A stretch of DNA of 64,000 nucleotides, from assembly GCA_041649385.1 (NCBI GenBank), contig JBAZNG010000001.1:3427-67426 (forward strand), written 5' to 3'. This document shows positions 10,747 through 24,566 of the stretch, piece after piece; positions within the stretch are counted from its first letter, which is position 1, and each line of letters starts with the position of its first letter. Origin of the DNA: Candidatus Omnitrophota bacterium. Lineage in GTDB: Bacteria; Omnitrophota; Gorgyraeia; Gygaellales; Profunditerraquicolaceae. The translations under genes and the position numbers were made by a program. The notes beneath the pieces were generated by a model, which was given only the letters and a program-made list of their open reading frames with translations, ran no database searches and was not told the DNA's origin.

Positions 10747-11021
10747 TTAATTTCTATCTTCTGTCCGTCTTTTAAAGTAACAACAGCTTTCTTCAGATCC
10801 TGTGTGCGGCCTAACTGATGGCGCACTCTTTTGAGTTTCCCGCTGCAGATAAAGGTATTCACGTCTTTTACTTTAACTTTATACTCCTGCTCTACGCTCT
10901 TTTTGATCTGGATCTTATTGGCGGCCTTATCCACCAGAAAAAGGTATTTGCCTTCCGGCAAATAAGCGGTTGATTTTTCAGTCTGTAACAAAGCTTTGAT
11001 GATCAATTTTGCGCTGCTCAT
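10743..11021 (-). CDS. rplW: 50S ribosomal protein L23
   Basis: 92 aa L23. Confidence 0.92.
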   Translation of the reverse strand: MSSAKLIIKALLQTEKSTAYLPEGKYLFLVDKAANKIQIKKSVEQEYKVKVKDVNTFICSGKLKRVRHQLGRTQDLKKAVVTLKDGQKIEIK

Positions 11022-11776
11022 TTCTTAAGCCTTTCCGTAAGGTCTTTCAAGGCCGCTTTAGTGATAACCACTTTATTAGCGTTCATTACTGCATAAGCGT
11101 TGGTGTCTCTGGCTAAATCCACGCTCACTGAATTCAGGTTTTTTAAAGCGGACTTCTGCGTTTTCTCCACTTTATCCGAGAGAAAAAGTACTTTCGCCGG
11201 TTTTTTAGTTTTAGCGCCGAACGCTTTCAGGTTGAAGAAAATTTGCGCCGCAAGCTTGGTCTTGGGTTCTTTGATATCAAATTTATCCAGGACAATCATG
11301 TTATTTTCATTGAGTTTGCTGTTAAGCGCCGTCTTCAACGCCTGGTTCTTGATCTTGGCAGGGAGATGATAAGAAAAATCGCGGGGGTGCGGGCCGAATA
11401 CCACGCCGCCATGCTTCCAGAGAGGAGAACGCGTAGAACCTACGCGCGCCCGGCCGGTTCCCTTCTGTTTCCAGGGTTTTCTACCGCCGCCGGATACTTC
11501 CCCGCGTGTTTTCGTGGAAGCTAAACCCATACGCTGGTTTGCCCGGAACCCGTTAATTGCCTGATAGAGGCATTCAGGATTAAGCGTTCCGTCAAAAACA
11601 CTCGCGTCTAATTTGATCGTATCGATCTCTGCGCCTTCTGAATTATAAATAGGTAAGGTAAACCCCGTTAGAGAACTATCTCCTTTAACGGCCTTTACCG
11701 ATGATGCCTTCTTAACCTGCTCTTGATTATTCATATTATTATCTGATTGATTATTATTCTCTAACGGGGTAAACAT
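11018..11776 (-). CDS. rplD: 50S ribosomal protein L4 with N/Q-rich N-terminal extension
   Basis: 252 aa; L4 core after a 40 aa low-complexity leader. Confidence 0.9.
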   Translation of the reverse strand: MFTPLENNNQSDNNMNNQEQVKKASSVKAVKGDSSLTGFTLPIYNSEGAEIDTIKLDASVFDGTLNPECLYQAINGFRANQRMGLASTKTRGEVSGGGRKPWKQKGTGRARVGSTRSPLWKHGGVVFGPHPRDFSYHLPAKIKNQALKTALNSKLNENNMIVLDKFDIKEPKTKLAAQIFFNLKAFGAKTKKPAKVLFLSDKVEKTQKSALKNLNSVSVDLARDTNAYAVMNANKVVITKAALKDLTERLKK

Positions 11777-11778
11777 GT

Positions 11779-12408
11779 TTATTTATTAACCGCTTTCTTG
11801 GCTACCTTTTTCTTGGCTTTGGTAATGACAAGATAACCGTTCTTATGGCCCGGTACAGCACCCTTGATTAAAAGGATATTATTCTCTGCGTCCGCTTTAA
11901 TGACTTTCAAATTCTGGATAGTGACTTTTGCAGCGCCCATATGCCCGGGCAAGTGATGGCCTTTCCAGACCCTGCCGGGGGTTGTGGTTGAACCAATAGA
12001 ACCTATGCGGCGGTGGCTTGTGGAACCATGCGTCTTCGGACCGCCTTTCCAGTGCCAGCGTTTCATGCCGCCCTGAAAACCTTTACCAATAGAAGTACCG
12101 CTAATATCCACAAAATCCCCGGCCGCGAAAATATCCGCTTTTACCAGGTCACCGGGTTTACATTCCGTGGCAGGTTTAGTTAACTCCCTGATCAATCTAC
12201 AGGCAGGGATATTCAATTTCTTAAAATAAGCTGACTGGGGTTTTTTCAATTTCTTCTCAAGCACTTCGTCAAAACCCAGCTGAATATTCTTAGTCCCCAC
12301 CGCCAGTATCGGGCATGGCCCGGCCTGGATAGCCGTCACGCCGACCTGTTCGCCGGAAGCATCATAAATCTGAACCATACCAATTTTTTTGCCTAATATG
12401 CCGATCAT
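11779..12408 (-). CDS. rplC: 50S ribosomal protein L3
   Basis: 209 aa L3. Confidence 0.94.
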   Translation of the reverse strand: MIGILGKKIGMVQIYDASGEQVGVTAIQAGPCPILAVGTKNIQLGFDEVLEKKLKKPQSAYFKKLNIPACRLIRELTKPATECKPGDLVKADIFAAGDFVDISGTSIGKGFQGGMKRWHWKGGPKTHGSTSHRRIGSIGSTTTPGRVWKGHHLPGHMGAAKVTIQNLKVIKADAENNILLIKGAVPGHKNGYLVITKAKKKVAKKAVNK

Positions 12409-12434
12409 TTTGTTTGCTTTCTTTGGGTTTTGGC

Positions 12435-12740
12435 CTACTTGATTTCTACATCCACTCCTGCAGGCAGGTTTAACTTCCTTAATGAATCGATGGTCTTAGC
12501 TGTGGGTTCAAAGATGTCAATAAGGCGTTTATGGGTAGACAAATCAAACTGTTCACGCGATTTCTTGTCAACATGAGGAGAACGCAGCACCGTATAAATT
12601 TCCTTTTTAGTAGGAAGCGGCACGGGGCCGGAAATCTTGGCCCCGGTACGCTTAACAGTTTCCACGATCTCGATTACTGCCTGATCCAGGAGCCTGTGGT
12701 CATATGCCTTTAATTTGATGCGTATTTTTTGCGTATTCAT
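12435..12740 (-). CDS. rpsJ: 30S ribosomal protein S10
   Basis: 101 aa S10/NusE. Confidence 0.94.
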   Translation of the reverse strand: MNTQKIRIKLKAYDHRLLDQAVIEIVETVKRTGAKISGPVPLPTKKEIYTVLRSPHVDKKSREQFDLSTHKRLIDIFEPTAKTIDSLRKLNLPAGVDVEIK

Positions 12741-12743
12741 TTT

Positions 12744-13946
12744 TTAAGCAATGACCTCTGTAACTACTCCTGCGCCGACTGTATGCCCACCTTCACGGAT
12801 GGCAAAACGCGATTCTTTCTCCATGGCGATTGGTGTGATTAATTCAATATCCAAGTTCACGTTGTCCCCGGGCATAACCATCTCCACGCCGGCTGGTAAT
12901 CCAGCTGTCCCGGTAACGTCGGTTGTACGAAAATAGAACTGCGGGCGATAGCCTTTAAAGAAAGGTGTATGCCTGCCGCCTTCTTCCTTGGTCAGGATAT
13001 AGACCTGGGCCTTGAATTTGGTATGCGGCAATATTGACTTAGGAGCTGCGATGACCATCCCGCGCTCAATATCATTTTTTTCCATGCCTCTTAAGAGCAG
13101 GCCAACGTTATCACCGGCCTGGCCTTCATCAAGCAGTTTACGGAACATTTCTATACCCGTAACCACGGATTTTCTTGGTTCCGGCCTTAAGCCGATGATC
13201 TCAACTTCTTCACCGACCTTTACTTTACCGCGCTCGATCCTGCCGGTAGCAACTGTGCCTCTACCTTCAATACTGAAAACATCCTCAACAGCCATAAGTA
13301 ACGGCTTATCCATTTCCCTTGCCGGCATAGGAATGAATTCATCCACTGCCTTCATCAGGTCCAGGATAGGCTTAGCGTCTTCGCCAGCGGCATCGGCGGT
13401 AACTAAAGCTTTGGAAGCGCTGCCACGAATGATCGGCGTCTTGTCGCCGGGATATCCGTATTTGGTCAAAAGATCCCTTACTTCCATCTCGACCAAATCC
13501 AACAACTCTTTATCGTCCACTAAATCAACTTTGTTTAAGAAAACTACCATTGCCGGCACGTTAACCTGCCTGGCTAAAAGAATATGCTCTCTTGTTTGAG
13601 GCATAGGGCCGTCAACAGCCGAAACGACCAGGATTGCGCCATCCATCTGCGCGGCGCCGGTGATCATATTCTTGATGTAATCGGCGTGTCCCGGGCAGTC
13701 AATGTGAGCGTAATGGCGGTTATCTGTCTCATATTCAACGTGGGCAACAGAGATAGTCACGACTTTTGTCTCATCTCTTACTGTGCCGCCTTTTGCGATA
13801 TCCGCGTAATCTCTCTTTGTCGCTTTACCCAGCTTTGCCAAAACATTTGTAATAGCAGCGGTGAGCGTGGTCTTACCATGATCGATGTGACCAATAGTAC
13901 CGATGTTTACATGCGGCTTAGACCTTACAAATTTTTCTTTAGCCAT
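12744..13946 (-). CDS. tuf: elongation factor Tu
   Basis: 400 aa, GHVDHGKTT, DCPGH, NKVD G-motifs. Confidence 0.97.
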   Translation of the reverse strand: MAKEKFVRSKPHVNIGTIGHIDHGKTTLTAAITNVLAKLGKATKRDYADIAKGGTVRDETKVVTISVAHVEYETDNRHYAHIDCPGHADYIKNMITGAAQMDGAILVVSAVDGPMPQTREHILLARQVNVPAMVVFLNKVDLVDDKELLDLVEMEVRDLLTKYGYPGDKTPIIRGSASKALVTADAAGEDAKPILDLMKAVDEFIPMPAREMDKPLLMAVEDVFSIEGRGTVATGRIERGKVKVGEEVEIIGLRPEPRKSVVTGIEMFRKLLDEGQAGDNVGLLLRGMEKNDIERGMVIAAPKSILPHTKFKAQVYILTKEEGGRHTPFFKGYRPQFYFRTTDVTGTAGLPAGVEMVMPGDNVNLDIELITPIAMEKESRFAIREGGHTVGAGVVTEVIA

Positions 13947-13966
13947 TTCTTAATCCTCCTGTTTGT

Positions 13967-16063
13967 TTATAAACTTTTTCTTGCGCCTGAAGTTGCAAAT
14001 CCTGCTGTGATCTTTTCCGCTATATGTGCGGGTACCTCATGATAGAACGAAGGTTCCATTGTAAACGATGCACGGCCTTGTGTCAAGGATCTTGTTACGG
14101 TCGCGTAATTAAAAACTTCAGACAACGGAACGTTCGCTCGGATAGTGCGAAGGTTAAGCGTCTGTCCCAGCGCGATAATTTTCGCGCGGCGGCTGGAAAG
14201 ATCGCCGATAACCTGGCCCATAAACTCTTCCGGCACGACTACTTCAATATCCATGATCGGCTCCAATAACACGGGATTTGCTTTTCTTAACCCTTCCTGA
14301 AAAGCGATAGAACCTGCCATTTTAAAAGCTAATTCTGATGAATCAACTTCATGGAATGAGCCATCAACTAAAATGATCGCAACATCCGTAACAGGATAAC
14401 CGCCCAATACGCCATTCTTGGCTGCGCCGAGCACTCCCTGTTTTACAGCCGGGATGAATTCACGCGGAATCGCACCACTCTTGATCTTATCCTCAAAAGT
14501 GATACCGGTCCCGGGAGTTTCCTGAGGGGCCATCTCAATTACGCAGTGGCCATATTGGCCGCGGCCGCCTGACTGTGAAATGAATTTTCCAACGCTGGAG
14601 ACACTCTTCTTGATCGTTTCCCGGTAAGCTACCTGCGGAGCGCCGACTTGCGCTTCCACATTGAACTCACGCAGGATCCTGTCAATAATGATCTCCAGGT
14701 GCAACTGGCCCATGCCAGCGATCAATGTCTGGCCGGTCTCCTGGTTATAGCTGACCCTGAAAGACGGGTCCTCATCCTCTAATTTATGCAAAGCCAACCC
14801 TAATTTCTCCTGGGCATCCTTGGATTTAGGCTCAATCGCCTGTTGGATGACTGGTTCAGGAAAACGCATTGCTTCGATCAATATATGGTTTTTCTCCGTG
14901 CAGAGCGTATCGCCGGTCTTAGTGTCCTTTAAACCGACCACCGCGGCAATATCGCCGATGGAAATACTTTCCACTATCTCCTGGCGGTTTGCGTGCATCT
15001 TCACGATCTTGGTCACGCGCTCACGTTCTCTCTTGGAAGCATTGTAAATATAAGTACCCGCTGCCAATGTCCCAGAGTACATACGCACATAATTTATCTT
15101 TCCCACAAACGGGTCAGTGGCTACTTTAAAAGATAACGCCGCAAAAGGAGCCGCGTCATCAGCCTTGATCTCCTCAAATTCACCGGAATCCGGGTTGATC
15201 CCTTTGATCGGAGGCAGGTCTATGGGCGAGGGAAGATAATCCTTGACCGCATCCAGCATCAACTGCACGCCCTTATTCTTAAAAGCAGAACCGCAAAGCA
15301 CAGGCACGAATTTATTGGCGATCACCGTCTTACGGATCGTTTCCTTTATCTGCTGATTACTTACTTCTTTGCCGGCCAGATACAACTCCATCACCGCATC
15401 ATCTGCCTCGGCAAGTTTTTCCACAAGTATATTGCGGTATTTATCAAAATCTGCCAGCATATCCGCCGGGACTTCCTTTACCTCGATTTCCTTGCCCAGG
15501 TCATCCTTATAAGAGATGAGCTTTTTCTCTACCAGGTCCACAATGCCTTTAAAATCAGCTTCTTTGCCAAAAGGAAGATGAATAGCCGCAACATTGGCCC
15601 CCAGGCGCTGATGCATCTGGTTGACCACCTCCAGGAAATTCGCCCCTGTGCGGTCCATCTTATTTACAAATGCAATACGCGGCACACTGTAACGGTCAGC
15701 CTGGCGCCAAACGGTTTCTGACTGAGGCTGGACACCGCCGACGCTGCAGAAAACCACTACCGCGCCATCCAATACCTTTAAAGACCTTTCCACCTCAATG
15801 GTAAAATCAACGTGCCCGGGAGTATCAATCAGGTTAATATGCACGTCTTTCCAGACACAAGTCGTAGCGGCTGACGTGATCGTAATGCCGCGTTCCTGTT
15901 CCTGGGCCATCCAGTCCATCGTGGCCGTACCGTCATGCACTTCACCTAACTTATAATTCCTGCCTGTATAGAATAGCACGCGCTCGCTGGTCGTGGTTTT
16001 ACCCGCGTCAATATGCGCGATGATCCCGATATTTCTTATTTTACTTAAAGGTATTTTTCTCAT
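13967..16063 (-). CDS. fusA: elongation factor G
   Basis: 698 aa, [10 protein letters not shown]-domain plus domains II-V. Confidence 0.96.
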   Translation of the reverse strand: MRKIPLSKIRNIGIIAHIDAGKTTTSERVLFYTGRNYKLGEVHDGTATMDWMAQEQERGITITSAATTCVWKDVHINLIDTPGHVDFTIEVERSLKVLDGAVVVFCSVGGVQPQSETVWRQADRYSVPRIAFVNKMDRTGANFLEVVNQMHQRLGANVAAIHLPFGKEADFKGIVDLVEKKLISYKDDLGKEIEVKEVPADMLADFDKYRNILVEKLAEADDAVMELYLAGKEVSNQQIKETIRKTVIANKFVPVLCGSAFKNKGVQLMLDAVKDYLPSPIDLPPIKGINPDSGEFEEIKADDAAPFAALSFKVATDPFVGKINYVRMYSGTLAAGTYIYNASKRERERVTKIVKMHANRQEIVESISIGDIAAVVGLKDTKTGDTLCTEKNHILIEAMRFPEPVIQQAIEPKSKDAQEKLGLALHKLEDEDPSFRVSYNQETGQTLIAGMGQLHLEIIIDRILREFNVEAQVGAPQVAYRETIKKSVSSVGKFISQSGGRGQYGHCVIEMAPQETPGTGITFEDKIKSGAIPREFIPAVKQGVLGAAKNGVLGGYPVTDVAIILVDGSFHEVDSSELAFKMAGSIAFQEGLRKANPVLLEPIMDIEVVVPEEFMGQVIGDLSSRRAKIIALGQTLNLRTIRANVPLSEVFNYATVTRSLTQGRASFTMEPSFYHEVPAHIAEKITAGFATSGARKSL

Positions 16064-16121
16064 CTTTTCTACAATACTTCTCTAGTATATCCAGCGTTGA
16101 GCTTTATTTTAATGTTAAAAT

Positions 16122-16592
16122 TTACCAGCGGAAATGCGCGAAAGCTTTATTCGACTCCGCCATCTTATGCGTATCGTCCCTCTTCTTGATCGCCGAGCCC
16201 TCTCCTTTATAAGCGGAAATGATCTCGTCGGCTAATTTTTCTTCCATGGCCTTGCCTTTACGGTGCTGGGCAAAATCCCTGATCCAGCGTAAAGCAATAG
16301 AAGTACCGCGCTCCTGCCTGACTTCCACAGGAACTTGATAAGTTGCCCCGCCTACCCTGCGCGGTTTGACTTCCAAACGCGGCCTGGCATTATCCAAAGC
16401 CTTATAAAAAACTTTCAAAACATCCTGCTCATTAAGATTCTTCTGGATGATAGCGAACGCTCCATAGACCATCTTTTCAGAGATAGCTTTTTTACCGTCG
16501 AGCATGACCATATTGATAAATTTCGCCACGATCTTGGAATTAAATTTAGGGTCCGCTAAAATATTTTTTTCCTGCGCTTTTCTTCTTCTCAT
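16122..16592 (-). CDS. rpsG: 30S ribosomal protein S7
   Basis: 156 aa S7. Confidence 0.94.
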   Translation of the reverse strand: MRRRKAQEKNILADPKFNSKIVAKFINMVMLDGKKAISEKMVYGAFAIIQKNLNEQDVLKVFYKALDNARPRLEVKPRRVGGATYQVPVEVRQERGTSIALRWIRDFAQHRKGKAMEEKLADEIISAYKGEGSAIKKRDDTHKMAESNKAFAHFRW

Positions 16593-16671
16593 TGTCTAAA
16601 CCTGCTCCTTCTTTGCCTCCTTATGCTTGACCTTTTAATCAAGCCTGCGGAAGCCTGTTACTTATCTTCTA

Positions 16672-17049
16672 TTAAGCTGCTTTTGGTTTCTTTGCTCCGT
16701 ATTTTGAACGCGACCTTCTGCGCTGATTTACCCCGGAAGCGTCTAATGTGCCCCTGACAATATGATAGCGCACACCAGGTAAATCCTTGACCCTGCCGCC
16801 CCTGACCAGGACTATGGAATGCTCCTGCAGGTTATGCCCTTCGCCCGGTATATAAGCGGTAACTTCAATGCCCGTGGTCAGCCTAACCCTGGCTATTTTA
16901 CGCAAAGCCGAGTTTGGTTTCTTAGGCGTCATCGTACGCACCTGTAAACACACACCCCGCCTCTGCGGCGAATTCTTCAAAGCCGGCGACTTGCTTTTCT
17001 TTTTCTGCGAAACCCTTCCAAACCTGATTAGCTGTGCAATTGTGGGCAT
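16672..17049 (-). CDS. rpsL: 30S ribosomal protein S12
   Basis: 125 aa, PNSALRK motif region. Confidence 0.95.
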   Translation of the reverse strand: MPTIAQLIRFGRVSQKKKSKSPALKNSPQRRGVCLQVRTMTPKKPNSALRKIARVRLTTGIEVTAYIPGEGHNLQEHSIVLVRGGRVKDLPGVRYHIVRGTLDASGVNQRRRSRSKYGAKKPKAA

Positions 17050-17051
17050 AT

Positions 17052-20000
17052 TTATTCCTTTATGCTGTTAGCTGCTTCCTCGTTTTTCTCTTCAATTTTT
17101 GCCGGGGCGTTCTTATTTACTTCAATATCCCGGTGCGTATGAAAACCCGTACCTGCGGGAATAAGGTGTCCTACGATAACATTCTCCTTCAAGCCAAAAA
17201 GTTCATCGCTCTTGCCGCTGGTCGCTGCTTCCGTCAATACACGCGTAGTCTCCTGGAAGCTGGCCGCGGAAATAAAGCTTTCCGTAGTAAGCGATGCTTT
17301 GGTGATACCCAAAAGTAAAGGCGTAGCCTGTGCAGGCTTTTGGCCTTTCTTAATCACGCGGGTATTTTCCTTCTGAAAAACCCATTTATCCACCTGTTGC
17401 GTAGCCAGGAATTCAGTATCGCCTGGATCCTCAACCCTTACTTTCTTGAGCATCTGCCTGATAATCAGCTCAATATGCTTGTCATTGATGTGTACACCCT
17501 GCAGGCGGTAAACTTCCTGGACTTCATTAACCAGATATTCCTGCAGGACCTTGTCTCCGCAGACCCTTAAAATATCCTGCAAGACTACAGGCCCGTCGGT
17601 CAACTGCTGCCCGGCTGAAACTTTATCGCCTTTATAAATATTCGGATGTTTGCCATGGGGAATAATATACTCTCTGGACATGCCTGTCGTAGACCTGACA
17701 ATGATCACGCGCTGGTTCTTCTTTGTCTCGCCGAACTCCACGAAACCATCGATCTCGCTGATCACGGCCGGATCCTTAGGCCTTCTGGCTTCAAAAAGCT
17801 CAGCGACCCTGGGCAAACCGCCGGTAATATCCCTGGTTTTCACAACGGTGCGCGGTATCTTGGCTAAAAGGTCTCCGGCATTCATCTTCTCGCCGTCTTT
17901 GGCCATAACGTGTGCGCCGATGGGAATAGGATATATCCCGGAAACTTCCTTCTTTTCATCCAACACAACGATCTGCGGATGGTATTCCGGCTTATGCTCC
18001 ACAACAACGCGTTCAGCTAACTTGGTCACCGGATTGATCTCCTCGCGGATAGTGATATTCTCGCGTAAATCCTCATAACGCACTGTACCGGCAACTTCCG
18101 TAAGCACGGGGATCGTATACGGATCCCAACGCACAAAAGAAACTCCCTTATTGATATCTGCGCCATCGGCAACATTGATGAACGCGCCCTGCAATACCAG
18201 GTAGCGCTCCAATTCCCTGCCCTGGGCATCATTGATACTGATCGCGCCGTTACGGTTTAGGACCACGAACTCATTGTTCTTGGCGGTAAACCTTAAACCA
18301 TGGTAGCGGACAATACCTTTATTCTTGGATTTTATAACAGACTGTTCAATCGTACGGCTGGCTGTACCACCGATATGGAACGTTCTCATCGTCAACTGCG
18401 TACCGGGTTCGCCGATACTCTGCGCGGCGATCACGCCCACTGCTTCACCCAGCTCCACCAGCCTTCCGGTGGCCAAATTACGGCCATAACATTTTGTGCA
18501 GACGCCCCTGCCAGATTCACAGGTAAGCACGCTACGGATACGGATCTTTTCAATGCCTAATTTCTCGATCTGGTCGGCTTTATCGCCGGTGATCATCGAA
18601 CCTTGCTCCACGATGACTTCGTCGGTAATGATATCCACGACGTTATCCAAAGCAACGCGGCCGACAATGCGGTCGCGCAGCGAAACAACTTCTTCGTCGC
18701 CTTCTACGATAGCCGCAACAGTGATACCGTTAAGCGTGCCGCAGTCATCCTCACAAACAATAACTTCCTGCGCCACATCAACAAGCCTGCGGGTCAGGTA
18801 ACCGGCATCTGCTGTTTTTAGCGCGGTATCCGCAAGGCCCTTACGTGCGCCGTGCGTGGAAATAAAATACTCCAGTACATTTAAGCCTTCCCGGAAGTTA
18901 GCGGTGATCGGATTCTCAATGATCTCGCCTGAAGGTTTAGCCATCAGCCCGCGCATACCGGCCAGCTGCCTGACCTGTAAACGTGAACCACGGGCGCCGG
19001 AATCAGCCATCATGAATATGGGATTGAAAGACGCCATGCCCTTGAACAACAGGTCGGATATTTTATCCGTGGTATGCGTCCAGATATCAATGACCTTGGA
19101 TTTACGCTCACTGTCGGTAATGATACCTTTGCGATACTGGTCATCAACGCGGGCGACTTCAGCTTTGGACTCCTTGATCACTTCAGGTTTCTCCGAAGGC
19201 ACGATCATATCGTCTATGCCGATGGATATGCCGCCTAAAGTACCCATCTCAAAACCTAAACGCTTGATCGCATCGAGCAACTTTATTGTCGCTGTGTGGC
19301 CGAAACGTTTATAGCACTCCACCACTATATCGCTGACCTTGCCTTTATTCAGTTCGCGGTTGACAAAACCGAATTCCGCAGGCAAAAGCTCGTTGAACAT
19401 TGCCCTGCCCACAGTAGTAGTAATAGATTGTTTGCCTAAAATGACTTTCTTCTGGTCAAAATCATAAACCCCGTCTACGCGCAGTTTGATCTTAGCATGC
19501 AACTCCACCGCACGGTCATCGTAAGCGATCAAAGCCTCCTGGGCATTACCAAAAGACATCCCTTCGCCAAGAGCGCCGGGTTTCTCCTTGCTTAAATAAG
19601 CTACACCGAGGATGATATCCTGTGTGGGCGAGATGACCGGCCTGCCGTCAGCAGGAGAAAATATATTGTTGATCGCTAAAATCAGTATTTTGGCTTCTAA
19701 TTGTGATTCCAAAGAAAGCGGCACATGCACAGCCATCTGGTCGCCGTCAAAGTCGGCGTTAAAAGCCGTACAAACCAGCGGATGGATCTTGATCGCCTTG
19801 CCTTCAATTAAAAGCGGCTGGAACGCCTGGATGCCTAAACGGTGCAAAGTGGGCGCGCGGTTCAATAGAACAGGATGGTCCTTGATTACTTCATCAAGGA
19901 TATCCCATACTTCGATCTTGCCGCGTTCAACCATGCGCCGGGCGCCTTTGATCGTGTGCACAAAACCTTTTTCCCTTAATTTTTTAATGATAAACGGCTC

Positions 20001-21101
20001 AAAAAGCTCCAAGGCCATCTGTTTAGGCAGGCCGCATTCATGCAGCTTTAATTCCGGGCCCACAACGATTACCGAACGGCCGGAGTAATCCACGCGTTTA
20101 CCTAAAAGATTCTGGCGGAACCGTCCCTGTTTTCCCTTAAGCATATCGGAAAGCGATTTTAGGGGGCGGTTATTCGCGCCGTTTACCGCTTTACCATGGC
20201 GGCCATTATCCAATAAAGCATCCACGGCCTCCTGGAGCATGCGCTTTTCATTGCGGATAATGATCTCCGGAGCGTTGAGCTCCATAAGTTTCTTTAAACG
20301 GTTGTTGCGGTTGATCACACGCCTGTAGAGGTCATTTAAGTCGCTGGTCGCAAACCTTCCGCCATCCAGCGGCACTAACGGCCTTAAGTCCGGCGGGATC
20401 ACCGGGACGATCTCTAAGATCATCCAATCCGGTTTATTGCCGCTTTTCTTAAAATCCTCAATGATCTTTAATGTTTTAATTGATTTGCGGTTATTTAAGA
20501 CATCTTTGGATTTCTCCAATTCCCTTCTTACCTTGCGGCAGACCGCATCAAGGTCTAAACCTTTTAAGAGCTCCAGGACCGCATCAGCGCCGATCTTGGC
20601 CTTAAAGGATGCGCCGTATTTGACCACGGCATCCTGGTACTGTTCATCGGTTAGAAGCTCATTTTTCTTTAAAGGCGTTGTGCCGGGATCTACGACAATA
20701 TATTCCTCGTAGTAGATCACCCTCTCTAAATCCCTTAAACGGATATCTAAAAGCGCGCTCATCCTGCTGGGCACGGCTTTAAAGAACCAGATATGCGTTA
20801 CCGGCGTAGCCAATTCAATGTGGCCCATGCGTTCACGGCGCATGCTGGAACGCTCAACGGTAACTCCGCAACGGTCGCAGGTGATCCCTTTGAATTTTAT
20901 GCCTTTGTACTTACCGCAGCTACACTCCCAATCGCGCACAGGCCCAAAGATCTTCTCGCAGAACAAACCGTCTTTTTCCGGCTTTAATGTGCGGTAATTG
21001 ATCGTTTCTGCTTTTTTCACTTCGCCCTTGGACCAGGATTTAATCACCTGAGGGCTGGCAATCTTAATGCTTATACTGTCAAAAGAAACGCTCTCTTCCA
21101 T
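17052..21101 (-). CDS. rpoC: DNA-directed RNA polymerase subunit beta prime
   Basis: 1349 aa; zinc finger CxxC..CxxC, NADFDGD catalytic motif. Confidence 0.97.
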   Translation of the reverse strand: MEESVSFDSISIKIASPQVIKSWSKGEVKKAETINYRTLKPEKDGLFCEKIFGPVRDWECSCGKYKGIKFKGITCDRCGVTVERSSMRRERMGHIELATPVTHIWFFKAVPSRMSALLDIRLRDLERVIYYEEYIVVDPGTTPLKKNELLTDEQYQDAVVKYGASFKAKIGADAVLELLKGLDLDAVCRKVRRELEKSKDVLNNRKSIKTLKIIEDFKKSGNKPDWMILEIVPVIPPDLRPLVPLDGGRFATSDLNDLYRRVINRNNRLKKLMELNAPEIIIRNEKRMLQEAVDALLDNGRHGKAVNGANNRPLKSLSDMLKGKQGRFRQNLLGKRVDYSGRSVIVVGPELKLHECGLPKQMALELFEPFIIKKLREKGFVHTIKGARRMVERGKIEVWDILDEVIKDHPVLLNRAPTLHRLGIQAFQPLLIEGKAIKIHPLVCTAFNADFDGDQMAVHVPLSLESQLEAKILILAINNIFSPADGRPVISPTQDIILGVAYLSKEKPGALGEGMSFGNAQEALIAYDDRAVELHAKIKLRVDGVYDFDQKKVILGKQSITTTVGRAMFNELLPAEFGFVNRELNKGKVSDIVVECYKRFGHTATIKLLDAIKRLGFEMGTLGGISIGIDDMIVPSEKPEVIKESKAEVARVDDQYRKGIITDSERKSKVIDIWTHTTDKISDLLFKGMASFNPIFMMADSGARGSRLQVRQLAGMRGLMAKPSGEIIENPITANFREGLNVLEYFISTHGARKGLADTALKTADAGYLTRRLVDVAQEVIVCEDDCGTLNGITVAAIVEGDEEVVSLRDRIVGRVALDNVVDIITDEVIVEQGSMITGDKADQIEKLGIEKIRIRSVLTCESGRGVCTKCYGRNLATGRLVELGEAVGVIAAQSIGEPGTQLTMRTFHIGGTASRTIEQSVIKSKNKGIVRYHGLRFTAKNNEFVVLNRNGAISINDAQGRELERYLVLQGAFINVADGADINKGVSFVRWDPYTIPVLTEVAGTVRYEDLRENITIREEINPVTKLAERVVVEHKPEYHPQIVVLDEKKEVSGIYPIPIGAHVMAKDGEKMNAGDLLAKIPRTVVKTRDITGGLPRVAELFEARRPKDPAVISEIDGFVEFGETKKNQRVIIVRSTTGMSREYIIPHGKHPNIYKGDKVSAGQQLTDGPVVLQDILRVCGDKVLQEYLVNEVQEVYRLQGVHINDKHIELIIRQMLKKVRVEDPGDTEFLATQQVDKWVFQKENTRVIKKGQKPAQATPLLLGITKASLTTESFISAASFQETTRVLTEAATSGKSDELFGLKENVIVGHLIPAGTGFHTHRDIEVNKNAPAKIEEKNEEAANSIKE

Positions 21102-24100
21102 TATTTTGCCTTCTCCGTACGGATATCAAGGCATAAGCCTTGAAGTTCCTTGATTAATACATTAAATGACTCCGGAGTACCGTGAGTCAAACGCTGTTCG
21201 CCTTTAACAATCGCCTCATAGATACGCGTCCTGCCTACGACATCGTCGCTCTTCACAGTAAGCATTTCCTGTAAGCTGAATGCCGCGCCATACGCTTCCA
21301 GCGCCCAGACTTCCATTTCGCCTAAACGCTGGCCGCCGAACTGGGCTTTGCCGCCTAAAGGCTGCTGGGTGACCAATGAATAAGGCCCGATGGAACGCGC
21401 GTGGATCTTTTCATCAACCAAGTGGATCAGTTTCAAAACATACATATAACCTACGGTAACCCTCTGGTCAAAAGGCTCTCCGCTATAACCATCATAAAGC
21501 CTCATCTTCCCGTCTTCCGGAAGGCCGGCTTTCTTAAGCAATTCCTTAATTTCTCCTTCTTTAGCGCTGTCAAATACAGGACAGCTGACTTGCATGCCTA
21601 ACGCTTTAGCCGCCCAGCCTAAATGGCACTCCAGGATCTGGCCGACATTCATACGTGATGGTACGCCTAACGGGTTTAAAACCACTTCCACGGGCGTGCC
21701 ATCAGGCAAGAAGGGCATATTCTCCTCGGGAATAATCTTAGCCACAACGCCTTTGTTGCCATGGCGGCCGGCTACCTTGTCACCCTCGGAAAGTTTTCTC
21801 TTCGTCGCGATATAAACTACTACGCGCTTAAGTATCCCTGCGGGAAGCTCATCGCCGCGGCGGACCTTCTCAATCTCCTGCGCTTCTTCTAAAAGCAACT
21901 CATGCATCTGCTCGTCAAAAGAAGCAGCCAGGATCTTGGCTTCCTCATTATCATTGTAATTGGTCTTCTCGACCTTCTTTTTATCTATGCCTAAGATCTG
22001 GGCAAGGCGGACAAGCTTTTCCGTCTGCAGGAACTCTATCTCCTGTTTATAGTAAGCTTTCAATTCCCTTGTTTTGGCCAGCTCAATAGTTTTTTCCTCT
22101 TTGGATTTTCTGCCTCTGTCTTTACGCTGGAACACATGCACGTCAATAACCACGCCTTCTACCCCTGGAGGGACAATCAAAGAAGTATCCCTTACGTCCC
22201 CGGCCTTTTCGCCGAAAATAGCGCGCAGCAATTTCTCTTCAGGGCTTGGCTCAGAATCAGTTTTAGGAGTGATCTTGCCTACCAGAATGTCTCCGGCGCC
22301 GACTTCTGCGCCAGTGCGGATAATCCCATTCTCATCCAAGTTCCTTAAGGCCTCTTCGCTGACATTAGGGATATCGCGGGTAATCTCTTCATTGCCTAAA
22401 CGTGTTTCCGCTGCTTCAATCTCAAATTCCTCAACGTGGATAGAGGTGAATGTGTCGTTCTTCAGAAGTTTTTCGCTGATTAAGATGGCGTCTTCAAAGT
22501 TGTAACCTCTCCAGGGCATGAAAGCCACCAGGACATTCTTGCCTAAAGCGAGTTCACCTTCTTTTGTAGCGATACCGTCGGCAATGATCTGGCCGCGTTC
22601 CACATGGTCGCCTAACTTCACAAGCGGCCTCTGATTCAGGCATGTATCGGCATTAGTACGCAGGAATTTCTTTAAATGGTAGATCGTCTTGCCTACGGTT
22701 ATAGAAGATGAGTCAACGCTTGAGACTTTACCGGAATCTGTAGCGACGATCACTGTACCGGAATCCCGCGCGACTTTCTCCTCCATCTCTGTATCTACTA
22801 AAGCCGCTTCCGTGATCATTAAAGGCACTGCCTGGCGCATCATGTTTGAACCCATAAGCGCGCGGTTAGCGTCATCATGCTCTAAGAACGGTATCAGCGA
22901 CGCAGCCACGGAGACCAGCTGTTTCGGTGAAACATCCATATACTGGACTTGCTTAGGCGGAACTTTCGGGAAATCATCCTTAAAACGGCAGATCACTTCC
23001 TTCTCGGAAAAAGTACCGTCCGGGTCTAAAGGCACATCCGCCTGGGCGATCATTTTATCTTCTTCCAGGTCAGCTGTAAGGTATTCAATCTTCTTGGTTA
23101 CTTTCCCGTCTTCAACCTTGCGGTAGGGAGTTTCCAACAACCCCACGGAATTGATCCTGGCAAAACAACTTAAGGAAGCGATCAAACCGATATTCGGGCC
23201 TTCCGGTGTCTCAATAGGACAAACGCGGCCATAATGCGAAGGATGGATATCTCTTACCTCAAAGCCGGCTCTTTCGCGTGAAAGGCCTCCTGGGCCGAGC
23301 GCGCTCAGCCTTCTTTTATGTGTCATCTCAGCCAAAGGATTGATCTGGTCCATAAACTGGGAAAGCTGGCTGCGGCCGAAGAAATCACGGATCTGGTTGG
23401 ATAATAATTTGGAGTTAATCAGGTAATGGACGTTCAAATTATCGAATTCTCCCAAAAGGCTTAAACGTTCTTTGATTGAACGCTCCACGCGCGATAAACC
23501 TATACGCACCTGGTTCTGCACTAATTCCCCTACGCTTTTTACGCGGCGGTTGCCTAAATGGTCAATATCATCGATCTTGCCTTCGCCATTATTCAGTTTG
23601 ATCAGGTATTCTATTACCTTTATTACTGTATCAGAATCAAGTATCCTTTTCTCTAAAGATACCTGCATGCCTAATTTGCGGTTTAAGATGAAACGTCCGG
23701 CCCTTTCTAAGTCATAGCGGGCAGTATCAAAGAAAAGCCTGTAGAAAAGATTTTCTGCGGCTTCTTTGGTCACCGGCTCTGTCGGCCGCATTTTGCGGTA
23801 GAAATCCAGATAAGCCTCTTCTTTATTCTTAGTGTAATCTTTCTTTAAAGTATTTACGATCTCCGGGTACTCTTTGCCGAAAGCGGCAATGATCTGGCTG
23901 TCCTCTGAAAAACCGAGTATCCTTAAGATCTGCGTAGCGGGAAAATTCCTTCTGCGGTCAACGTAAGCGGTGATTGTTTCGGTAAGGTCATATTTGAACT
24001 CAAGCCATGCGCCACGGTAAGGGATCACTCGGCCATAAAATATTTTTTTGCCTGTGGGATGCAACTCCTCTTCAAATGAAACACCCGGTGAACGCTGTAA

Positions 24101-24505
24101 CTGGCTGACCACTACTCGTTCGTCGCCATTAATGATAAAAGTGCCAGTCTCTGTCATTAAAGGCAGGTCGCCGAAATAGGCATCCTGTTCTTTAGTTTCG
24201 CGAGGGGTAGTTAACCTGAACTTGACTTTCAAAGGGGCCGCGTATGTCAGCGAACGGTTTTTCGCCTCTGACATGGTATATTTTGGCTTGCCTAAAGAGT
24301 AGCTGATGAATTCCAGCTTCACCGAACGGTCCGGGCTTTCAATAGGGAATATCTCCCCGAAAACCTCCTGAAGGCCCTGGTTCTTTCTCTCGCCTACCGC
24401 AGTTTCAACCTGCAGGAAATCACGGTAAGTTTCAAGCTGAACATCTAAAAGATTGGGCAACTCATATGTTTCTTTTAGCTTAGCAAAACTCTTGCGTTTA
24501 ATCAT
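21101..24505 (-). CDS. rpoB: DNA-directed RNA polymerase subunit beta
   Basis: 1134 aa; conserved beta-subunit blocks. Confidence 0.97.
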   Translation of the reverse strand: MIKRKSFAKLKETYELPNLLDVQLETYRDFLQVETAVGERKNQGLQEVFGEIFPIESPDRSVKLEFISYSLGKPKYTMSEAKNRSLTYAAPLKVKFRLTTPRETKEQDAYFGDLPLMTETGTFIINGDERVVVSQLQRSPGVSFEEELHPTGKKIFYGRVIPYRGAWLEFKYDLTETITAYVDRRRNFPATQILRILGFSEDSQIIAAFGKEYPEIVNTLKKDYTKNKEEAYLDFYRKMRPTEPVTKEAAENLFYRLFFDTARYDLERAGRFILNRKLGMQVSLEKRILDSDTVIKVIEYLIKLNNGEGKIDDIDHLGNRRVKSVGELVQNQVRIGLSRVERSIKERLSLLGEFDNLNVHYLINSKLLSNQIRDFFGRSQLSQFMDQINPLAEMTHKRRLSALGPGGLSRERAGFEVRDIHPSHYGRVCPIETPEGPNIGLIASLSCFARINSVGLLETPYRKVEDGKVTKKIEYLTADLEEDKMIAQADVPLDPDGTFSEKEVICRFKDDFPKVPPKQVQYMDVSPKQLVSVAASLIPFLEHDDANRALMGSNMMRQAVPLMITEAALVDTEMEEKVARDSGTVIVATDSGKVSSVDSSSITVGKTIYHLKKFLRTNADTCLNQRPLVKLGDHVERGQIIADGIATKEGELALGKNVLVAFMPWRGYNFEDAILISEKLLKNDTFTSIHVEEFEIEAAETRLGNEEITRDIPNVSEEALRNLDENGIIRTGAEVGAGDILVGKITPKTDSEPSPEEKLLRAIFGEKAGDVRDTSLIVPPGVEGVVIDVHVFQRKDRGRKSKEEKTIELAKTRELKAYYKQEIEFLQTEKLVRLAQILGIDKKKVEKTNYNDNEEAKILAASFDEQMHELLLEEAQEIEKVRRGDELPAGILKRVVVYIATKRKLSEGDKVAGRHGNKGVVAKIIPEENMPFLPDGTPVEVVLNPLGVPSRMNVGQILECHLGWAAKALGMQVSCPVFDSAKEGEIKELLKKAGLPEDGKMRLYDGYSGEPFDQRVTVGYMYVLKLIHLVDEKIHARSIGPYSLVTQQPLGGKAQFGGQRLGEMEVWALEAYGAAFSLQEMLTVKSDDVVGRTRIYEAIVKGEQRLTHGTPESFNVLIKELQGLCLDIRTEKAK

Positions 24506-24566
24506 AATGGATTAATCAACCCCCACTTACTTAGAGTTACTTATATTTATCTATATTTACTTAGGT

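Noticed and set aside
13012-13599. 195 aa plus-strand ORF (and many other plus-strand ORFs at 29-376, 2271-2528, 19612-20088, 22074-22505, 49765-50346, 60398-61057 etc.)
   Set aside because: All lie antisense within highly conserved minus-strand genes (tuf, rpoB, rpoC, smc, pgk...), have low-complexity Ser/Pro/Ala-rich translations typical of antisense frames, and have no start context; treated as spurious.
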